Translations under genes and position numbers: made by a program
From: Thermoplasmata archaeon
GTDB taxonomy: Archaea; Thermoplasmatota; Thermoplasmata; Halarchaeoplasmatales; Halarchaeoplasmataceae
NCBI GenBank assembly: GCA_046484045.1
Contig: JAWOBZ010000003.1
Coordinates: 1-59,025 of the forward strand
DNA: 59,025 nt
Reading direction: 5' to 3'
Shown here: piece after piece, positions 56,041 to 59,025 of the stretch
How the letters are laid out: each line of letters opens with the position of its first letter
Position numbering within the stretch: the stretch's first letter is position 1
Notes under the pieces: generated by a model
What the model was told of the DNA's origin: nothing
What the model saw: only the letters and a program-made list of their open reading frames with translations
The model's database searches: none

Positions 56041-56390
56041 CCGAAGTAGTTCTAGATGCCAACGCATTGATCATGCCCTTCGATTCGTCCATCAACTTAG
56101 ACGACGAGCTGGAGAGAGTGATCGGTAATCCGAAGATATACGTCCCCTCATCCGTCATAGATGAATTGAATGCCCTGGAGAGAAAGGACGCCCTGAAGCT
56201 GGCCGAGAGATATAAGACGATCGATGTTGAAGAATCCAAAGATACGGGCGTGCTGGAGGCTGCGGAGAAACTCGATGCGGTGATAGTGACGAACGACCGA
56301 GGACTTCTAGAGAGAGCTAGGAAAAAGGGGTTAGCGGTCGCTTTCCTTCGAGGCATTTCGCATCTCGAGCTCATAGGAGAAATATTTTAA
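56037..56390 (+). CDS. PIN-domain protein (Fcf1/Nob1-like archaeal type)
   Basis: 'VVLDANALI', 'IDEL' and 'VIVTNDRGL' supply the acidic PIN residues. ATGA overlap with the cysC stop. Confidence 0.7.
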   Translation: MTEVVLDANALIMPFDSSINLDDELERVIGNPKIYVPSSVIDELNALERKDALKLAERYKTIDVEESKDTGVLEAAEKLDAVIVTNDRGLLERARKKGLAVAFLRGISHLELIGEIF

Positions 56391-56413
56391 ACCCTCTTTT
56401 TTATTTAATTTCC

Positions 56414-56845
56414 ATGGAAGAAACTAACGTAGGATCGAATGAGGAAAAATCTACGATCATCATGGAAGGAAAAATCACTTCCGGACTTGAGAGAGGTAAG
56501 TATTTCCTTTCTAAGAAGGGTTACAGGAAAAGGGTGAAAGATAAGATCGGTATAGACCCGAAGATGGGGACTCTTAACATCAAATTAAATGATACGAATG
56601 CTGAAAAACTAAAAAGACTCAAGGATGAAGACGGTTATTACATCGAAGGTTTCGAATATAAGGGTGAGGAATACGGCGGGGTGAAGCTTTTTCCGGCCGA
56701 GATAGGTGGGCTTGACGGTGCCGTGGTCATCCCTGATATGTCCCATTACGATAGAACACTGGAGTTGATCTCGGATCATCCTCTCAGGGATGAGTTGGAT
56801 CTAACAGACGGAGAAGTTGTACAGGTCGTTGTGAACGTCCCTTGA
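56414..56845 (+). CDS. ribK: CTP-dependent riboflavin kinase (archaeal RibK)
   Basis: 'GKITSGLERGKYFLS...Y......IGIDPKMGTLNIKL' matches the MJ0056-type pattern. Confidence 0.8.
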   Translation: MEETNVGSNEEKSTIIMEGKITSGLERGKYFLSKKGYRKRVKDKIGIDPKMGTLNIKLNDTNAEKLKRLKDEDGYYIEGFEYKGEEYGGVKLFPAEIGGLDGAVVIPDMSHYDRTLELISDHPLRDELDLTDGEVVQVVVNVP

Positions 56846-57673
56846 TCAAAATTCTTTTTCAACGTATTTTAACGCACTCTCGAATAGATACTTGCCGTCA
56901 CCGGATCCTTTTGAATTATTATCTCTCGTCCAGTCTGGTCTGGTGTGTGAGTAGAAAACCCTCTCCGGGTGGGGCATCAGACCGAGAACGTTTCCCCTGG
57001 GGTTGCATACCCCCGCGATGTCGTCAATAGAACCGTTGGGGTTCCATGGATAGTCTGGGGTCGAACCCTTTGGTGTAGTGTATCTGAAAACGATCTGGTC
57101 GGTCTTCTTTAACTTTTCTAAAAGGTGATCTTCTTGAAGTATGAATTTCCCCTCGGCATGTGCACTGGGGAATACGATCTTTTCACCCTTTTTGTACTCC
57201 CTGGTGAAAACACATCTCTCGTTCTCCTCGACTTTTAAAATTGATGGACGACACTCGAATTTGTTGCTGTCGTTCGTAGCTAAGATAGCGTCCGGTATAT
57301 CGGTTATCGTTTTATCTATCGCGGGAAGGAGACCCATCTCCACAAGGACTTGAAAACCGTTGCAGACTCCTAGGACGGGTTTTCCCGCTTCTACGAATTC
57401 TATCAGTTCATCCTCCATGGCGCTCTTCATCCTTGCCCCGAAGATGGCTCCTGCACGGATATAGTCGCCGGCGGAAAAACCCCCAGGGATCATCAGGATG
57501 TCGTAGTCGCTTAGTTCTCGTTTCTCATCTTCGGTTACGTCATCTCCAGTGAACTGCTTGAGGTGAACCTTCTCCGCTTTAGCTCCGAGCCTTTTCCAGA
57601 CAAGGTGTGACTCCTCTTCACAGTTCGTTCCTTCGATCCTGAGAACGGCAACGTTTATGTCTTCGCGGTTCAA
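56846..57673 (-). CDS. purQ: phosphoribosylformylglycinamidine synthase I (glutamine amidotransferase subunit)
   Basis: 'IPGGFSAGDY', nucleophile elbow 'LGVCNGFQVL', 'GLMPHPER'. Confidence 0.9.
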   Translation of the reverse strand: MNREDINVAVLRIEGTNCEEESHLVWKRLGAKAEKVHLKQFTGDDVTEDEKRELSDYDILMIPGGFSAGDYIRAGAIFGARMKSAMEDELIEFVEAGKPVLGVCNGFQVLVEMGLLPAIDKTITDIPDAILATNDSNKFECRPSILKVEENERCVFTREYKKGEKIVFPSAHAEGKFILQEDHLLEKLKKTDQIVFRYTTPKGSTPDYPWNPNGSIDDIAGVCNPRGNVLGLMPHPERVFYSHTRPDWTRDNNSKGSGDGKYLFESALKYVEKEF

Positions 57674-57776
57674 TTTATCGTCCAGGAAAGGGTAAAACCA
57701 TCAGCATAATAAATATTTTGTAGACCTTAGAACAGAAATTATTTAATGATGGACAATATACCTATGCCATCATTTT

Positions 57777-57854
57777 GGGGCCATGGGGTAGCTTGGTCGA
57801 TCCTTCGGCGTTTGGGACGCTGGTACCCGAATTCAAATTTCGGTGGCCCCACCA
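57777..57854 (+). tRNA. tRNA-Pro (anticodon UGG), CCA encoded
   Basis: Hand-folded cloverleaf: acceptor GGGGCCA/TGGCCCC, A14/G18G19/A21 in the D loop, anticodon stem CGGCG/CGCTG, loop TTTGGGA, T arm CCGAA-TTCAAAT-TTCGG, discriminator A, then CCA. Confidence 0.9.
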
Positions 57855-57860
57855 TCCTTT

Positions 57861-58511
57861 TTACTCTAGAACATCATCCATGCTGGAAAGTTTCTCACTG
57901 ACCTTCTTTTTGTGTTCTTCTAAAATCTCGTCCGGTCTTTTAGGTGTGTCGTACACATCGTACATCTCTCCCCTTTTGATCATGATCTGATATTCCTTAC
58001 TCTTCCAGTTCAGATGCGTCCTGATCTTCGATATCTTTTCGATGATCGCCTTGTCCACTTCGTCCACTACTTCTGCTGGGTCGCCCTTCACGACTGAGTT
58101 GTCCGGGATTTTTGTTCCCGATTTGATTATTGACCCGTTGGTGACCAAGACGTTGTCTCCCAACTCCACGCCCGGCATGACCACTGCGTCCATGCCCACG
58201 AAGGTGTTTTTACCCAACCTACACCCTTCCAATCTTGCTCCGGGTGAGATGAAAGAACCTTCGCCTATGTTGACTTCCCGGTCTTCTGTAGATTCGATGG
58301 AAGAATTCGGCATCACGTAAACGTCGTTATCGAGATGAACCTTTGATTTATCCGCATCGATGATGCTGCCCGGCCAGATACCGCATCCCTTTCCTATCTC
58401 TATCTCTCCCACCATCTTCGCAGTCGGGTCGACGAAGTAATTCATCTCGCTATCGTCGTTATCAATTATCTTTTCCAGTTCTTCGGTCATCAGATTGATA
58501 GTTATCTTCAT
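57861..58511 (-). CDS. left-handed beta-helix (hexapeptide repeat) protein, gamma-carbonic-anhydrase/acetyltransferase-like, with a roughly 60-aa C-terminal helical extension
   Basis: Hexapeptide-type repeats 'IGKGCGIWPGSII', 'IGEGSFISPGARL', 'LGKNTFVGMDAVV', 'LGDNVLVTNGSII'. Confidence 0.7.
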   Translation of the reverse strand: MKITINLMTEELEKIIDNDDSEMNYFVDPTAKMVGEIEIGKGCGIWPGSIIDADKSKVHLDNDVYVMPNSSIESTEDREVNIGEGSFISPGARLEGCRLGKNTFVGMDAVVMPGVELGDNVLVTNGSIIKSGTKIPDNSVVKGDPAEVVDEVDKAIIEKISKIRTHLNWKSKEYQIMIKRGEMYDVYDTPKRPDEILEEHKKKVSEKLSSMDDVLE

Positions 58512-58595
58512 TGTTAAATATGTTTTGGAATCTAGAAATTATTCGCTTTTTATGTCCCGCATAGAAGAGTTTAGATGGTGCGGGTTCGCTGAGTC

Positions 58596-58658
58596 GGAAT
58601 TGCAAGAATTCCTCCTGCCGGGATTTTATTCAGAATTACTCCTTCCATTCATAATTCT
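58596..58658. repeat. two hairpins: GGAATT/AATTCC and AGAATTA/TAATTCT
   Basis: 58596-58612 (loop GCAAG) and 58632-58658. The second has the same 7-bp arms as the hairpin at 18834-18852 but a different loop. Confidence 0.75.
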
Positions 58659-58738
58659 AAAAATAGGTTTTTACCTCATGAACCCGAGTAAAATAGTGTA
58701 AATTTAACATGGATCATAGATACACAGAAGATTGTAAA

Positions 58739-58811
58739 TGCGGGTGCTGGGATTTGAACCCAGGTAATAGCCTTGGCAAGGCTAGGTGATACCAAACTAC
58801 ACCACACCCGC
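58739..58811 (-). tRNA. tRNA-Gly (anticodon GCC), CCA not encoded
   Basis: The reverse complement folds as acceptor GCGGGTG/CACCCGC, anticodon stem TAGCC/GGCTA, loop TTGCCAA, T arm CTGGG-TTCAAAT-CCCAG, discriminator A. It is followed by TTT. Confidence 0.9.
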
Positions 58812-59025
58812 AAGAGTGAGTGCTAACGAACTCTGAGGACAAAGCGGAACATGGTTCCGGTGATTGCCCCGCAGTGTGAAGGAGGGGGATTCGGAAACCG
58901 TTTTTTCCGATATCCACCGTATTACAGAATTAAATCTATGGAACAAACTGTTTTATAAATATTTTACCAAAGGATTCATTCGATCTTATCCAATTCTTGA
59001 CGGCATTTCTCTGCCCATTCCTCTT

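Noticed and set aside
57775-57990. 71-aa ORF overlapping tRNA-Pro, and the 67-aa ORF at 58714-58917 overlapping tRNA-Gly
   Set aside because: Both are explained by well-folding tRNA genes, so they are spurious translations.
58936-59025. Open frame on the minus strand running off the right edge of the window (last 29 codons, '...KNWIRSNESFGKIFIKQFVP', stop at 58936-58938)
   Set aside because: This may be the 3' end of a real gene beyond the window. However, 29 residues with no motif cannot support a call.
1-59025. Looked for CRISPR arrays, rRNA genes, IS elements/transposases/integrases, prophage blocks and inteins
   Set aside because: I found no regularly spaced direct repeats with unique spacers, no rRNA-like sequence, no DDE, tyrosine or serine recombinase motifs, and no intein blocks in the housekeeping genes. 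The only tandem DNA repeats lie inside surface-protein genes.

Overview
Archaeal chromosomal window. Archaeal markers are RNAP subunit K, aCPSF1, proteasome beta, AglH-type glycosyl-1-phosphate transferases, ADP-forming acetyl-CoA synthetases, DTD2 and the CTP-type riboflavin kinase. Many proteins are visibly acidic. I cannot assign a lineage from sequence alone. About 50 tightly packed protein genes are mostly housekeeping: ribosome/RNAP, arginine, purine and glutamine metabolism, sulfate activation, acyl-CoA metabolism and N-glycosylation initiation. There are 2 tRNAs (Pro-UGG, Gly-GCC) and one DUF433/DUF5615 toxin-antitoxin pair. I saw no rRNA, CRISPR array, transposase or integrase. Main points of interest: (1) Three giant cell-surface proteins take up about 19.3 kb, a third of the window. 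They are a 1445-aa adhesin-like protein with six 98-aa tandem modules, a 1650-aa papain-family (C1) peptidase, and a divergently transcribed 3330-aa subtilase. In the subtilase the catalytic Asp and His lie 1257 residues apart, because a multi-domain insertion (7-blade repeat, DUF2793-like motif, repeated about 75-aa modules) sits inside the catalytic domain. (2) Two of these proteins end in a TM helix followed by a strongly acidic cytoplasmic tail. (3) An 860-bp gene-free region (18.7-19.56 kb) is packed with perfect short palindromes sharing a GGAA...TTCC core, and related palindromes recur in other intergenic regions. (4) A 776-aa protein has a small N-terminal globular domain and then roughly 580 residues of uninterrupted E/K/R coiled coil. 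(5) Several gene pairings are unusual: an E1-like enzyme with a THUMP-less ThiI domain, sat-DHH-cysC, PaaK with an alpha-only ACD, and ACD with a Pta-N-terminal-like DRTGG protein. All functional calls rest on motifs read by eye; no database search was possible.
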